A stretch of DNA of 64,000 nucleotides from an uncultured Slackia sp. (GCF_934630525.1 NZ_CAKTVX010000008.1:27442-91441), one strand, 5' to 3'. Counted from the first letter of the stretch, positions 9,991 through 19,601 are shown. A program made the numbers and translations. Notes: generated by a model not told the origin, from the letters alone.

Positions 9991-11397
9991 CTATATTTGA
10001 GATGCGTCGATATAGTTGCCGAACTTGGTGTATTCGGGATTAAACGACAGGGTGATATCGCGGGTGGCGCCGTTACGGTGCTTAGCAACGATGAGTTCGG
10101 CGGTTCCCCAATCGGGGCGGCCGTCGGTCTCGGCCTCCATTTCGTCCATGGAGCGGTCGATGAACATAACGATGTCAGCGTCCTGCTCGATGGAGCCCGA
10201 TTCACGAAGGTCGGAAAGCATGGGGCGCTTGCTGCCACGCATCTCAACGGCACGAGAAAGCTGGGAAAGCGCAAGCAACGGCATGTCCATTTCCTTCGCG
10301 AGCACCTTCAGACCACGAGAGATTTCGGCGACCTCGACGGCGCGGTTGCCATCGCGGCGGTTCGACGGCGGCTGCATAAGCTGCAAGTAGTCGACGATGA
10401 TGAGGCCCTTCTTCTTGTCGCGCAGCTGACGACGAGCCTTCGCGCGCATTTCGAGCAACGAGAGGCCCGGGGTATCGTCGATATACAGTTCGAGCCCCGA
10501 AAGGGTAGCCGCAGCGTTCATGATGGCGTTCCAGTCGCCTTCCTGCAAATTGCCTGCACGCAACTGGCCCAAATTCACGCGCGCCTCAGCGCACAAAATA
10601 CGCTGCACGAGCTGATTGGCGCCCATCTCCAAGCTGAACAAGGCAACCGCGGCGCCGGCTTTCGCGGCGTTCGTAGCGAGGTTCAAGGCAAACGATGTTT
10701 TACCAACACCAGGTCGTGCGGCCAAAATAAGCAAGTCGCCGCCGCGCAAACCCCAGAATAGCTTGTCGACGTCAGTGAAGCCGGTCGGCGTGCCCGCCAT
10801 TTGGTTCTTGTTGTTCACGAGCTCGTCGATTTCGTCGAAAGCCTGCGTGAGCAAGTCGGTGATGTTTTGGAACGAAGAGGAAACGCGCTTCTGCGTAACC
10901 TCGAACAGCATCTTTTCCGCGTCCTCGATAACTTCGTTGGTATCGTCGGGTGCGTCGTACGCTAGGGCGTTGATATTGGTTGATGCGTACACCAAATCGC
11001 GCAGCACGCTGTTGCGCTTCACGATTTCGGTATGGTTCTTCCAGTTGGTAAGAGCGAGCGTATTGTTAGCCAATTCGACCAAATATGGCCGGCCGCCCAC
11101 TGCCTCGAGCTGGCCTTCGGCAGCCAAGCGATCGGCAAGCGAAATTTGGTCGATGGGAATATGGCGCGTGTTGAGCTCAAGGATGCCCGTATAGATAAGC
11201 TGATGGGCGGGGCGGAAGAAATTCTCGGGCACGAGCTTGGTCGCAATCTCGTCAACCGCATCGGGGTTGAGCATGCATGCAGCAAGAACCGATTTCTCGG
11301 CTTCAATATTATTCGGAAGCGGCCGGCCCGTCGTGCTTTGCAGCTGTGGCGCCTGATCGCTTCGCTCGTTCTGGTTACGGTTGTTCCTGTCTGGCAT
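9991..11397 (-). CDS. dnaB: Replicative DNA helicase
   Basis: 468 aa with PNNIEAEKSVLAA at the N-terminus, Walker A ARPGVGKTSF, and the DYLQLM motif. Confidence 0.95.
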   Translation of the reverse strand: MPDRNNRNQNERSDQAPQLQSTTGRPLPNNIEAEKSVLAACMLNPDAVDEIATKLVPENFFRPAHQLIYTGILELNTRHIPIDQISLADRLAAEGQLEAVGGRPYLVELANNTLALTNWKNHTEIVKRNSVLRDLVYASTNINALAYDAPDDTNEVIEDAEKMLFEVTQKRVSSSFQNITDLLTQAFDEIDELVNNKNQMAGTPTGFTDVDKLFWGLRGGDLLILAARPGVGKTSFALNLATNAAKAGAAVALFSLEMGANQLVQRILCAEARVNLGQLRAGNLQEGDWNAIMNAAATLSGLELYIDDTPGLSLLEMRAKARRQLRDKKKGLIIVDYLQLMQPPSNRRDGNRAVEVAEISRGLKVLAKEMDMPLLALSQLSRAVEMRGSKRPMLSDLRESGSIEQDADIVMFIDRSMDEMEAETDGRPDWGTAELIVAKHRNGATRDITLSFNPEYTKFGNYIDASQI

Positions 11398-11550
11398 GAT
11401 TTCGCCCTTTCGTCTATCTCGCCCATATTATAGAAGCCGCAAGGCGATCGCGGCCAACCCAAGAAAAGTTGTCGCTTCAACTCATCAAAACATACAGAGA
11501 TTGAGGGGGCGTCCTTTTAATGGATCGGTAAAGGCGCTTTTCAGCCCATG

Positions 11551-11578
11551 AAAAAAGGGAGCGCGAACGCTCCCTTTT
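11551..11578 (-). terminator. Intrinsic terminator after rplI
   Basis: Stem-loop gggagcg-ttcg-cgctccc followed by TTTTTT on the minus strand. Confidence 0.7.
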
Positions 11579-11608
11579 CAATAGCCATTGAGTTTCGCGA
11601 AACGAAAA

Positions 11609-12130
11609 CTACTCGGCGGCCTCTTCGGTGGCCTCGGCTTCGACAGCCTCAGCCTCGACGACGGCCTCTTCAACCTCTTCAACGGCCTTCACGCCGACCA
11701 TCAGCTGAAGGTCAACATGAATGTCGCGATAGATGTTGAGAGCAACGGTGTGCTCGCCAGCGGTCTTGATGGCCTTGCGGACATCGAGACGCTTGCGGTC
11801 GATTTCGACGCCAGTCTCAGCCAGAACCGCATCAGCGATCATGGAAGCGGTGACGGAACCGAACAGCACGCCCTCTTCGCCGACCTTGGCGTCGACGAAA
11901 ATCTTCTTGCCCTCGAGCGAAGCCTTCAGGGCCTCAGCGTCGGCGATACGCTTCTCCTCGCGCTTGGCAATGTTGCCACGGCGCTGCTCGAGCTGCTTGA
12001 GATTGCCAGCGGTAGCCAGCACGGCCTTCTTCTGAGGGCCGAGATAGTTGTTGAAGAAGCCACGAGCAACTTCGACGACGTCGCCTTCGCCGCCCTTGCC
12101 CTGGACCTCGGTAAGCAGGATAACCTTCAT
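11609..12130 (-). CDS. rplI: 50S ribosomal protein L9 (with an acidic C-terminal extension)
   Basis: The N-terminus MKVILLTEVQGKGGEGDVVEV is typical of L9. Confidence 0.9.
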   Translation of the reverse strand: MKVILLTEVQGKGGEGDVVEVARGFFNNYLGPQKKAVLATAGNLKQLEQRRGNIAKREEKRIADAEALKASLEGKKIFVDAKVGEEGVLFGSVTASMIADAVLAETGVEIDRKRLDVRKAIKTAGEHTVALNIYRDIHVDLQLMVGVKAVEEVEEAVVEAEAVEAEATEEAAE

Positions 12131-12139
12131 TGGTGCCTC

Positions 12140-12400
12140 CTAGCGATTGCGGCGGTCGCCGCGGCCGCTCACGGCCGGAACCGTGTAGGGCATGAGAGCC
12201 ATCTCGCGAGCGTTCTTGATCGCGCAAGCGATGTCGCGCTGGTGCTGCATGCAGGCGCCAGTCACGCGACGGGGCTTGATTTTGCCGCGGTCGGTAACGT
12301 ATTTGCGCAGCATAGCCGTGTCTTTGTAGTCGACGTACTGCGTGTCGTCCTTGCAGAACTGGCAGTACTTGCGGCGAGGCTGCTTGGTGTATTCAGCCAT
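12140..12400 (-). CDS. rpsR: 30S ribosomal protein S18
   Basis: 86 aa, with CQFC...YVDYKD...KIKPRRVTG. Confidence 0.9.
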   Translation of the reverse strand: MAEYTKQPRRKYCQFCKDDTQYVDYKDTAMLRKYVTDRGKIKPRRVTGACMQHQRDIACAIKNAREMALMPYTVPAVSGRGDRRNR

Positions 12401-12448
12401 TGATTTCCTCTTTCAGAACTGTGTCAATAATTGATTGACGGGAGCAGA

Positions 12449-12895
12449 CTAGAACGGAATGTCGTCGTCGTAAACGGACGTATCGATCGCAGGCGCGGCA
12501 GCGGGTGCCGGAGCATACGATTGAGCGGGCGCGGCCTGCATGCGCGGGGCAGCCTGTCCGCCGTCGCGGCTCGTCATGAATTCGAGCTCGTCGACAACGA
12601 CTTCAAGCTTGCTACGCTTGCTGCCATCTTGCGCTTGCCACTGGGACCAGCGCAATTTGCCCTCGATAGCGACCTTGCTGCCCTTGCTCAAGAAACGAGA
12701 CACGCTTGCGGCGCGGTTGCCGAACATCGTGCAATCTACGAAGTTCGCGTAATCTTCCCACTGCTGGGTCTGAGGGTTGCGGCGGCGGTCATTGACAGCC
12801 ACGCCGAACGAAAGGACCTGGAAACCGCTCGGGGTTTCGCGAAGCTCGGGGTCGCGCGTAAGATTGCCCGTGATAACCACTTTGTTGATGCTCAT
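12449..12895 (-). CDS. ssb: Single-stranded DNA-binding protein
   Basis: 148 aa with an OB-fold N-terminus (MSINKVVITGNLTRDPELR), a Gly/Pro/Ala-rich linker and a DDDIPF tail. Confidence 0.95.
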   Translation of the reverse strand: MSINKVVITGNLTRDPELRETPSGFQVLSFGVAVNDRRRNPQTQQWEDYANFVDCTMFGNRAASVSRFLSKGSKVAIEGKLRWSQWQAQDGSKRSKLEVVVDELEFMTSRDGGQAAPRMQAAPAQSYAPAPAAAPAIDTSVYDDDIPF

Positions 12896-12957
12896 GACAA
12901 AATCCTCAATTCTTGAAGTTTGAGAGCAGCTGCTCCCTGCCTACTGGTTGACCGAGA

Positions 12958-13251
12958 TTACTCGCGGTCGGTGCGAACAACGATCTTGTGGCGGACCACC
13001 GCGTCGGTGATGCGCAGCACGCGATCGAGCTCCGCGATGTTGGCGGGGTCTGCGTGGAAATCGATGAGGGTGTAGTCGCCCTCGGTCAGGCCGTTGATCT
13101 CGTAGGCGAGCTTGCGCTTGCCCCACTCCTCAACGTTGTCGATCTTGCCTTCGCCCTCGGCGATGGTAGCCTCGATACGCTTCATAACGGCGAGACGGGT
13201 TTCGTCGCTGATGGTGGGCGCGACGAAGAACAGCAATTCATAAGCCTTCAT
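12958..13251 (-). CDS. rpsF: 30S ribosomal protein S6
   Basis: I trimmed the 127-aa ORF to the internal Met (MKAYELLFFV), which is preceded by the RBS GGAGGTG. This gives 97 aa. Confidence 0.9.
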   Translation of the reverse strand: MKAYELLFFVAPTISDETRLAVMKRIEATIAEGEGKIDNVEEWGKRKLAYEINGLTEGDYTLIDFHADPANIAELDRVLRITDAVVRHKIVVRTDRE

Positions 13252-13731
13252 TGTGTCACCTCCTCTGGACTTAACGGTCCCGGGGCATATGAAGGCGCTG
13301 CCCGGGACAGGAAACCTGGCTATGATAACAGCCAAATCCAATCAGGGCAATTGTTGTTTTGCGCCTTTGCCTCAACTCCACGCGTGCGCCACAATTCCCT
13401 ACGAAGCATGCACGTATTAGGTAGATTAGCGCGCGAATCTTGTCGAGACCTTGCCCGATTCGCGGCGTTTTCCCCTGGAAAAGCCGTCAGATTGCGTCAA
13501 ATCAAACGAGTTTTCCACGCGTTTTCCTTTGCACTTCACTTCATTTCCCTCACGAAAAGCATCTCTCGATCCAATGAATACCTGTCATGCAACGTGTGTT
13601 TTCAACCGAAACGTTGCAATATCGCAGCTCGAGAGGCGCCTTTTGCTATGATTCGGCACGATTTGCAAAGCGCTAAAGGCGCATTGAGTTTCCCAACACG
13701 CTCGCGCGCGGGCGACAGAGAGGAGCAAACC

Positions 13732-14214
13732 ATGGCTGACCGCAACGTTGAGAGCGACGAGCTCGGCGTTCCCCAGATTGACGAAACCCTTGAGATCCTG
13801 CTGCTGCAGGCAATCGAGGAAGCCCAGGACCGCATGGAGGCGGGTTCTGAGGTCGTGCCGTTCACGGCACTGCTCAACGGCGAAACCGTGACGGAAGACA
13901 CCCACACCGGCACGACCGAAGAATGCTTCGAGTCGGCGCGCAAAACCGTCGAAGCCGCTACGGGCGCTCGCGCATACGTGCTGTGCTACGACGGCTACAT
14001 CGACACCGATGCCGGCCGCAAAGATGCAATCATCGCCGAGGGCGGCACGGCCGACGGCGGCAAGGGCGTTGCCGTGTGCCTTATGTACGAAGAGGGCAAC
14101 GACGTTCTGACGTTTGACGAAGAAGTCGTGTATCTCGCCGAAGCGCCGAATTTCCTGGCTGGAGACGAGGAAGTTCCTGCAATTATTGAAGACGAAGAAG
14201 TCGACGGGGAATAA
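13732..14214 (+). CDS. Hypothetical acidic protein (160 aa)
   Basis: The start ATG is preceded by GAGGAG. Only the 3' third of the 408-aa ORF 12988..14214 is used here, because its 5' part is antisense to rpsF. I do not recognise a family. Confidence 0.5.
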   Translation: MADRNVESDELGVPQIDETLEILLLQAIEEAQDRMEAGSEVVPFTALLNGETVTEDTHTGTTEECFESARKTVEAATGARAYVLCYDGYIDTDAGRKDAIIAEGGTADGGKGVAVCLMYEEGNDVLTFDEEVVYLAEAPNFLAGDEEVPAIIEDEEVDGE

Positions 14215-14228
14215 TTTTAAAAAATCTG

Positions 14229-14256
14229 TTTACCTTTGCGACTTTTTTGGTATACT
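14229..14256 (+). promoter_or_regulatory. Putative sigma-70-type promoter for the tRNA-Ser pair
   Basis: -35 TTTACC, 16-nt spacer, extended -10 TGgTATACT. The architecture matches the element upstream of tRNA-Ser(TGA) at 19602-19629. Confidence 0.45.
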
Positions 14257-14297
14257 CCTTTTTCGCTACGCGCAATACGCATAGCAATCGACGCAAT

Positions 14298-14389
14298 GGA
14301 GAGATGTCCGAGCTGGCCGAAGGAGCACGATTGGAAATCGTGTATGCGCCAAAAGCGTATCTGGGGTTCGAATCCCCATCTCTCCGCCA
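14298..14389 (+). tRNA. tRNA-Ser (anticodon GGA), long variable arm, CCA encoded
   Basis: Acceptor ggagaga/tctctcc. Anticodon stem cacga/tcgtg with loop ttGGAaa. T-loop ggttcgaatcc. Confidence 0.9.
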
Positions 14390-14398
14390 GATAACCTA

Positions 14399-14423
14399 AG
14401 CGCCGTTTCGCACGGCGCTTTTT
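14399..14423 (+). terminator. Hairpin plus T-run between the two tRNA-Ser genes
   Basis: Stem agcgccg / cggcgct followed by tttt. Confidence 0.5.
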
Positions 14424-14449
14424 CATACGACCTTCTTGGTCGCACCCTC

Positions 14450-14542
14450 GGAGGGGTGGCAGAGTGGTTGAATGCGGCGGTCTCGAAAACCGTTTGGCCC
14501 GCAACCCGGGTCACGGGGGTTCGAATCCCCCCTCCTCCGCCA
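14450..14542 (+). tRNA. tRNA-Ser (anticodon CGA), CCA encoded
   Basis: Acceptor ggagggg/cccctcc, anticodon loop ctCGAaa, long variable arm, T-loop ggttcgaatcc. Confidence 0.9.
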
Positions 14543-14547
14543 GTTGT

Positions 14548-14725
14548 TTATTTACGCCGTTCTAACGAACGGCGTTTTTTCTTTTGAGCCGACCTGACGC
14601 TGTGCGGCATTCAGGACGGCACCTTGCCTTTCAGTCGTCGCTCGCGTACCGAAGTACGCTTCGCTTCTCCTTCAAGGCAATCTGCTCGCCCGGAATGCCG
14701 CTCGCTGCCCTTCGTGCGAATGAAT
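14548..14725. repeat. Interspersed repeat, family A, copy 2 (inverted relative to copy 1)
   Basis: The terminal hairpin acgccgttctaacgaacggcgt (14554-14575) is followed by TTTTTT and acts as the tRNA terminator. The core is ctcgcgtaccgaagtacgcttcgc (14641-14664). Confidence 0.7.
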
Positions 14726-14795
14726 CGCTAAACATGGGCATGAAAAAAGCGTCCGCAGAAACGGACGCTTTCCTGTTTGGTTATGCAACGACGAT

Positions 14796-15344
14796 TTAGA
14801 AGGTCACCTTCGGAGCAACCTCCGCACCAGCCTGGGCATCGAAGCTCGAACGCTCTTTGAAGCCGAACATGCCGGCGAACAACACGGCGGGGAACGTCTG
14901 AATGGCCGTATTGTACTTCATGACCGTATCGTTGAAGCTCTGGCGCATGTAGCTGATCTTGTCTTCCGTATCAGCCAGCTGCGACTGGAGTTGCTGGAAG
15001 TTCGCATTCGCCTTCAGCTCGGGATAAGCCTCAGAAACTGCGAACAGCGACTTCAACGTGCCGCTCAGAGCGTTGTCGGCTTCCATTTTCGCTTCGGGAG
15101 TCGTTGCATTGGTAACGGCCGAACGTGCGGCAATCACCTTCTCAAGCGTGCCCGACTCATGCGCGGCGTAGCCTTTCACCGTTTCGACCAGATTGGGAAT
15201 AAGATCGCAGCGTCGCTGCAGCTGCACGTCGATTTGCGCCCAGGCGTTGTCGACCATATTGCGCATTTTCACGAGGTTGTTGTACAGCATAATCGCCGCA
15301 ATAACGAGCACGACGATAATCGCGAGAATAATTCCAAGTACCAT
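14796..15344 (-). CDS. LemA family membrane protein
   Basis: I trimmed to the internal Met (MVLGIILAIIVVLVIAAIMLYNNLV...). The TM helix plus the LemA-like core (DNAWAQIDVQLQRRCDLIPNLV) give 182 aa. Confidence 0.8.
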   Translation of the reverse strand: MVLGIILAIIVVLVIAAIMLYNNLVKMRNMVDNAWAQIDVQLQRRCDLIPNLVETVKGYAAHESGTLEKVIAARSAVTNATTPEAKMEADNALSGTLKSLFAVSEAYPELKANANFQQLQSQLADTEDKISYMRQSFNDTVMKYNTAIQTFPAVLFAGMFGFKERSSFDAQAGAEVAPKVTF

Positions 15345-15619
15345 GATTTCGCCTTTCAGACGGAAGTTTCGGCGCCCTGCGCGCCGTGTGTCATCATTAT
15401 ACGGAATCGGACGTTCGCGCAACGCCTACGCAAGCAACGTTCACCCAAGCGTTGCGTTGGCGCGCCGGCAAGCGACCACCCCCGAAAAGCCGACGCCAGA
15501 ACCCGAGCCCCAAAGCCCAAGTCCCAAGTCCCGAAGCCCCAAACGAGGACGATAATTCTCGCATCGCTTCCCTATGCGCCGCGCAATCCCGAACGAGCAA
15601 GGTTCGCCGCTCGCCGTCG

Positions 15620-16612
15620 CTACCAGATCTTGCGCGGAGCACCGAGGTTCGAACCTGTGCCTTGCCCATCGAGCACGCGCACACCAATGGGGGCAAACGA
15701 GCAGCTGCGCGCCCACATGCCCTTCAGTTTCGCCGCGGCCACAATATCGGCTGCCTTGCGAATCGAATCGCCGTCTTCCACAACCGCAAACGTCGCAGAA
15801 CCGCTTCCGCACAAAAGCACCTCGGCCTTGCCCGCCGCATCATGCGCAACGCCCGGCTGGGACGAGAGCCACTCGCGCGCCTCGGCAAGGGCGGGAAGCA
15901 CCTGCTCAGACGCCGCAGCAAGATTATTGAACAACGGCAATTCAGCAGCCGACTCAATTGCGTCGGTCGATTCGGCATGCTGCACAGCCGCCAGCTCGTC
16001 GAATGCGGCATATGCGGCTTTCGTAGACACACCCTCATCAATCTTCACGAGGACCACCGTGCCGCGCGTAGGCTCAAACGTACGCTCGAGCACATCGCCC
16101 TTCTCCCCCAGCTGCACACAGCCGCCATGAAGGAAAAACGCCACGTCGGCGCCCAATGCGCGCGCCACGTCAAGCGCGGCCTCGCTCGCGGCATCTTCGC
16201 CCCAAGCGCGGCACAGCCCGGCGATAACGGCCGCCGCATTCGACGAGCCGCCACCAAGGCCGGCCTCGAACGGAATATGTTTTTCGATATGGATGGAAAT
16301 ATGCCCCTGTTCATGGCCGAGCTTTTCAGCAAGCGCCGCCGCAGCCTTGTAGGCAATATTGCTTTCAGGAGCCACATCCAATTCGGGAATGCCCTCGAAC
16401 GTCGTGCACGTCACGTCGATCGCGAAATCGCTGAAGCCATCAGGATTCAAATACGCATCCACGCCATCGTCGAGAACAACCGTGACCATATCGTGCAGCG
16501 TCAACGCCTGCATAATCGATTTCGCCTGATGGAAACCGTCGGCGCGGCGCTCGCCAATTTCGAGCTGCAAATTCACCTTCGCAGGGGAAAACACCGTGAG
16601 AGTCTGTTTCAT
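15620..16612 (-). CDS. ispE: 4-diphosphocytidyl-2-C-methyl-D-erythritol kinase
   Basis: 330 aa with AKVNLQLEIG...RADGFH and the GHMP kinase motif PFEAGLGGGSSNAAA. Confidence 0.85.
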   Translation of the reverse strand: MKQTLTVFSPAKVNLQLEIGERRADGFHQAKSIMQALTLHDMVTVVLDDGVDAYLNPDGFSDFAIDVTCTTFEGIPELDVAPESNIAYKAAAALAEKLGHEQGHISIHIEKHIPFEAGLGGGSSNAAAVIAGLCRAWGEDAASEAALDVARALGADVAFFLHGGCVQLGEKGDVLERTFEPTRGTVVLVKIDEGVSTKAAYAAFDELAAVQHAESTDAIESAAELPLFNNLAAASEQVLPALAEAREWLSSQPGVAHDAAGKAEVLLCGSGSATFAVVEDGDSIRKAADIVAAAKLKGMWARSCSFAPIGVRVLDGQGTGSNLGAPRKIW

Positions 16613-16624
16613 GTCATTGCCTTC

Positions 16625-17143
16625 CTATTTCTCGCCGCGGCGCGCTTCGAAGAATTCCGAAAGCACGGCGACGCACTCACTCGCAAGCACGCCCGACTGA
16701 ACCTCGAACGTATGGTTGAGCCGTTCGTCGGCGTGTATCGAATACAGCGACCCCAATGCGCCCGCCTTGGCGTCGGGCGCGCCGTACACGCATCGACCAA
16801 TGCGCGCTTGGTGCATAAGGCCCGCGCACATAATGCACGGCTCGAGCGTGACATACACCGTGCAGTCGGGAAGACGCCAGCGTTCGAGCTCGCGCGACGC
16901 CTGCATGATGGCGGAAAACTCCGCATGCGCCGAGGGGTCGGCGTCGGCTTCCCTATGGTTGCGGGCCTCGGCGATAACCTCACCTTGGCACACCACCACG
17001 GCGCCTATGGGCACCTCGCCCTCGCATGCCGCGCGTTTTGCCTGCTCAAGAGCTGCACGCATGAAGCGCTCGTCATCTTCGGCAACATCGTCGGCCGACC
17101 GCCACGCTTCGGCGAGCGACATGCCCTCATAGCTCCATGCCAT
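16625..17143 (-). CDS. tadA: tRNA-specific adenosine deaminase
   Basis: I trimmed the 331-aa ORF to the Met preceded by AAGGAAGG. CDA zinc motifs HAE and PCIMCAG are present. This gives 172 aa. Confidence 0.85.
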   Translation of the reverse strand: MAWSYEGMSLAEAWRSADDVAEDDERFMRAALEQAKRAACEGEVPIGAVVVCQGEVIAEARNHREADADPSAHAEFSAIMQASRELERWRLPDCTVYVTLEPCIMCAGLMHQARIGRCVYGAPDAKAGALGSLYSIHADERLNHTFEVQSGVLASECVAVLSEFFEARRGEK

Positions 17144-17479
17144 GCAAGCCCCTTCCTTCATATATATGCAGTGTGCATTGTAGAGCATGCCCGCGCGCTG
17201 CGGAGGTTTTCGTGAATCGACCACCAAGCTGTGAACGTGGCGTGAATCTACGGTGCCGCCTTTCCGCAAAATCGCGCGCGACGGGCGAGTCGGTTTCGAG
17301 GCGTTCCTATAATGAAGGGGTCTCGCCTCCCGCTTGGAGGCATTTTTCTTTGGAACAGCATGTGTATTGAGGGCGACTGCGCCTCTAGCTTCGTGTGCGC
17401 TCAATCCAAATCGCTTCGCCGGAGCGCTACAACCGGCCCAAAAACGTTGCGGCACACGCCGCGGAGGGGAGCTTTTAAC

Positions 17480-19399
17480 TTGAAATTGGCTCGACATCAA
17501 ATAATTATGCTTGTCGTCATGATCTTCGGCACATTCGTGACCGTGCTGAACCAAACGCTGGTCACGCCCGCCTTGCCTTCCATCATGACGGAAATGAACG
17601 TCGATGCGGCAACGGCGCAATGGCTCACCACGGGCTTCACCCTGGTCAACGCCATCATGATTCCCATTACCGCCTACCTGATCGACCGCTATTCCACACG
17701 CAACCTATTCACGGTGTCGATGCTCATTTTCACCGCCGGTTCGGCGCTCGCGGGTTGGGGCCTCAATTTCCCCGTGCTGCTCGCCGGCCGTTTGCTGCAA
17801 GCAGCCGGCGCGGGCATTTTGATGCCTATGGTCATGACGGTGCTCATGCTCACCTTCCTGCCCGAACGCCGCGGCTCAGCCATGGGCCTGTTCGGCATCG
17901 TCATCGCATTCGCACCCGCCATTGGCCCTTCGGCGGCCGGTTTCGTGATCGATGTCTACAACTGGCACGTGCTGTTCTGGATTGTGGTGGCGCTTTCGGC
18001 GGTAGGCATTATCTGCGCCTGGTTCGCGCTGAAAAGCACACCGAAGAATGAGTCGAAGAACCTGCCGCTCGATAAGCCTTCGGTCGCGCTTTCGACCATC
18101 GGTTTCGGCGGCCTTCTGTATGGCTTTTCGACCATCGGCTCGAACGGGCTTAACATCGCCGATGCTGCGATCACGCTCGTCGGCGCCATTGTGGTGGTGC
18201 TGTTCTTCCGTCGCCAGTTGAAGATGGATCGCCCCATGCTCGAGGTGCGCGTGCTTGCGAACAAGAAATTCCTGGTGGGCACCATTATTGGTATGCTCGT
18301 GCAGGGCGCGCTTTTGGCGGCAGGCATTCTGATGCCTATCTACCTGCAGAGCTATCTGGGTTATTCGGCGACCATTTCAGGCCTGGTCATTCTGCCGGGC
18401 GCCATCGTGATGGGCGCGATGGGCCCCATTGCCGGACGCCTTTTCGACAAGCATGGCCCGCGCGCGCTGAGCCTCATTGGTACGAGCGTGCTCACTCTCT
18501 CGACGCTCGCATTCGCATTCCTGGGCGACTCGACGGGATTGATTTACCTCACCATTCTGTACACGGTGCGCATGTTCTCGCTTTCTCTCGTGAACATGCC
18601 CATTACCACATGGGCCATGAATGCGCTCGACAATAGCCTCATGAACCACGGCACCTCGGTAAACAATACCCTGCGCCAGGTGGCAGGCTCGTTCGGCACG
18701 GCGCTGCTCGTCTCTATCTCTTCTATCGCGACGAACATGAGCGCGGGCGCGACCGACCCCGTGCATGCGGGTATTTTCGGCGTGAATATGGCGTTCGCGG
18801 GCGCCACGGTGTTGTGCCTTATCGGTTTCGTGCTTACCGTGATTTTCGTGAAAGACAAACCGAGCGATGCAGCCGAAGCCGACCCCGACAACGCCAAGCG
18901 TTCTGTGCTCGAAAGCATCATGAAGCGCGACGTGTTCACCCTGCCTGAGAATGCAACGGTTTTCGATGCAGTGAAACTGCTGGTCGACCGTCATATTTCG
19001 GCGGCGCCCATCGTGGACGGCAACGGCAAGCCCATCGCATTCGTCTCGGACGGCGACGTGGCCCGCTTCCTCTCGAAGCGCCACAGCACCTACACCGACC
19101 CGGTGGCGCTCATTATGCTCACCGAATCGAGCAGCGACGACTTCGCCGTGAAGGCCGCGAAAATCATGAAGATGCGCGCGTACGACATCGCGACGCATGG
19201 CGTGATTTCGATTGACGTTCACACCGACATTCGCGAGGTGTGCCGCATATTGGGCGAGAACCACTTGAAGAAGGTCCCCGTGACCGACGAAGGCCAGCTC
19301 GTAGGCGTCATCAACCGAAGCGACATCGCACACTACTCCATGCGCAAATACTTGGAGCAAAACGAATCGGAGCTCGGCCAAACCGCCGCGACGGCATAA
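17480..19399 (+). CDS. MFS transporter (14-TM DHA2/EmrB-like) fused to a C-terminal CBS-domain pair
   Basis: The proposed TTG start lies 8 nt after GGAGGGGAG. The N-terminus (MLVVMIFGTFVTVLNQTLV, LLAGRLLQAAGAGILMP) is typical of MFS transporters. The last 140 aa or so carry two CBS-like repeats (VFDAVKLLVDRHISAAPIVD..., VCRILGENHLKKVPVTDEGQLVGVI). Confidence 0.8.
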   Translation: MKLARHQIIMLVVMIFGTFVTVLNQTLVTPALPSIMTEMNVDAATAQWLTTGFTLVNAIMIPITAYLIDRYSTRNLFTVSMLIFTAGSALAGWGLNFPVLLAGRLLQAAGAGILMPMVMTVLMLTFLPERRGSAMGLFGIVIAFAPAIGPSAAGFVIDVYNWHVLFWIVVALSAVGIICAWFALKSTPKNESKNLPLDKPSVALSTIGFGGLLYGFSTIGSNGLNIADAAITLVGAIVVVLFFRRQLKMDRPMLEVRVLANKKFLVGTIIGMLVQGALLAAGILMPIYLQSYLGYSATISGLVILPGAIVMGAMGPIAGRLFDKHGPRALSLIGTSVLTLSTLAFAFLGDSTGLIYLTILYTVRMFSLSLVNMPITTWAMNALDNSLMNHGTSVNNTLRQVAGSFGTALLVSISSIATNMSAGATDPVHAGIFGVNMAFAGATVLCLIGFVLTVIFVKDKPSDAAEADPDNAKRSVLESIMKRDVFTLPENATVFDAVKLLVDRHISAAPIVDGNGKPIAFVSDGDVARFLSKRHSTYTDPVALIMLTESSSDDFAVKAAKIMKMRAYDIATHGVISIDVHTDIREVCRILGENHLKKVPVTDEGQLVGVINRSDIAHYSMRKYLEQNESELGQTAATA

Positions 19400-19440
19400 C
19401 GGCTCCGAGTGGAGCCACGGGCACGGCACCAAAACAAGCG

Positions 19441-19499
19441 TTCTGGGGCACCCGCTGCGGCCGCAACAATGCTGCACGTCCGCAGCGGGTGCCCCAGAA
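19441..19499. repeat. Perfect 20-bp inverted repeat (hairpin) downstream of the MFS gene
   Basis: ttctggggcacccgctgcgg (19441-19460) and ccgcagcgggtgccccagaa (19480-19499), with a 19-nt loop. Confidence 0.8.
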
Positions 19500-19601
19500 A
19501 AAGGCCCCGCGAGAAAGCGCCGCGAGGAAACCCCACAAGCGTGTGTGCGCCATGCATGCGCCGCGCACTCACGCAATTTCAAGAAACGTCAACGCATTTT
19601 C

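Noticed and set aside
13505-13520. Isolated DnaA-box-like TTTTCCACG in the rpsF divergent promoter region.
   Set aside because: A single imperfect 9-mer is expected by chance. It is not clustered and lies far from the origin.
12988-13731. 5' two-thirds of the 408-aa plus-strand ORF 12988-14214.
   Set aside because: It is antisense to rpsF and to the rpsF promoter region. Only the 3' 160 codons have an RBS and protein-like composition.
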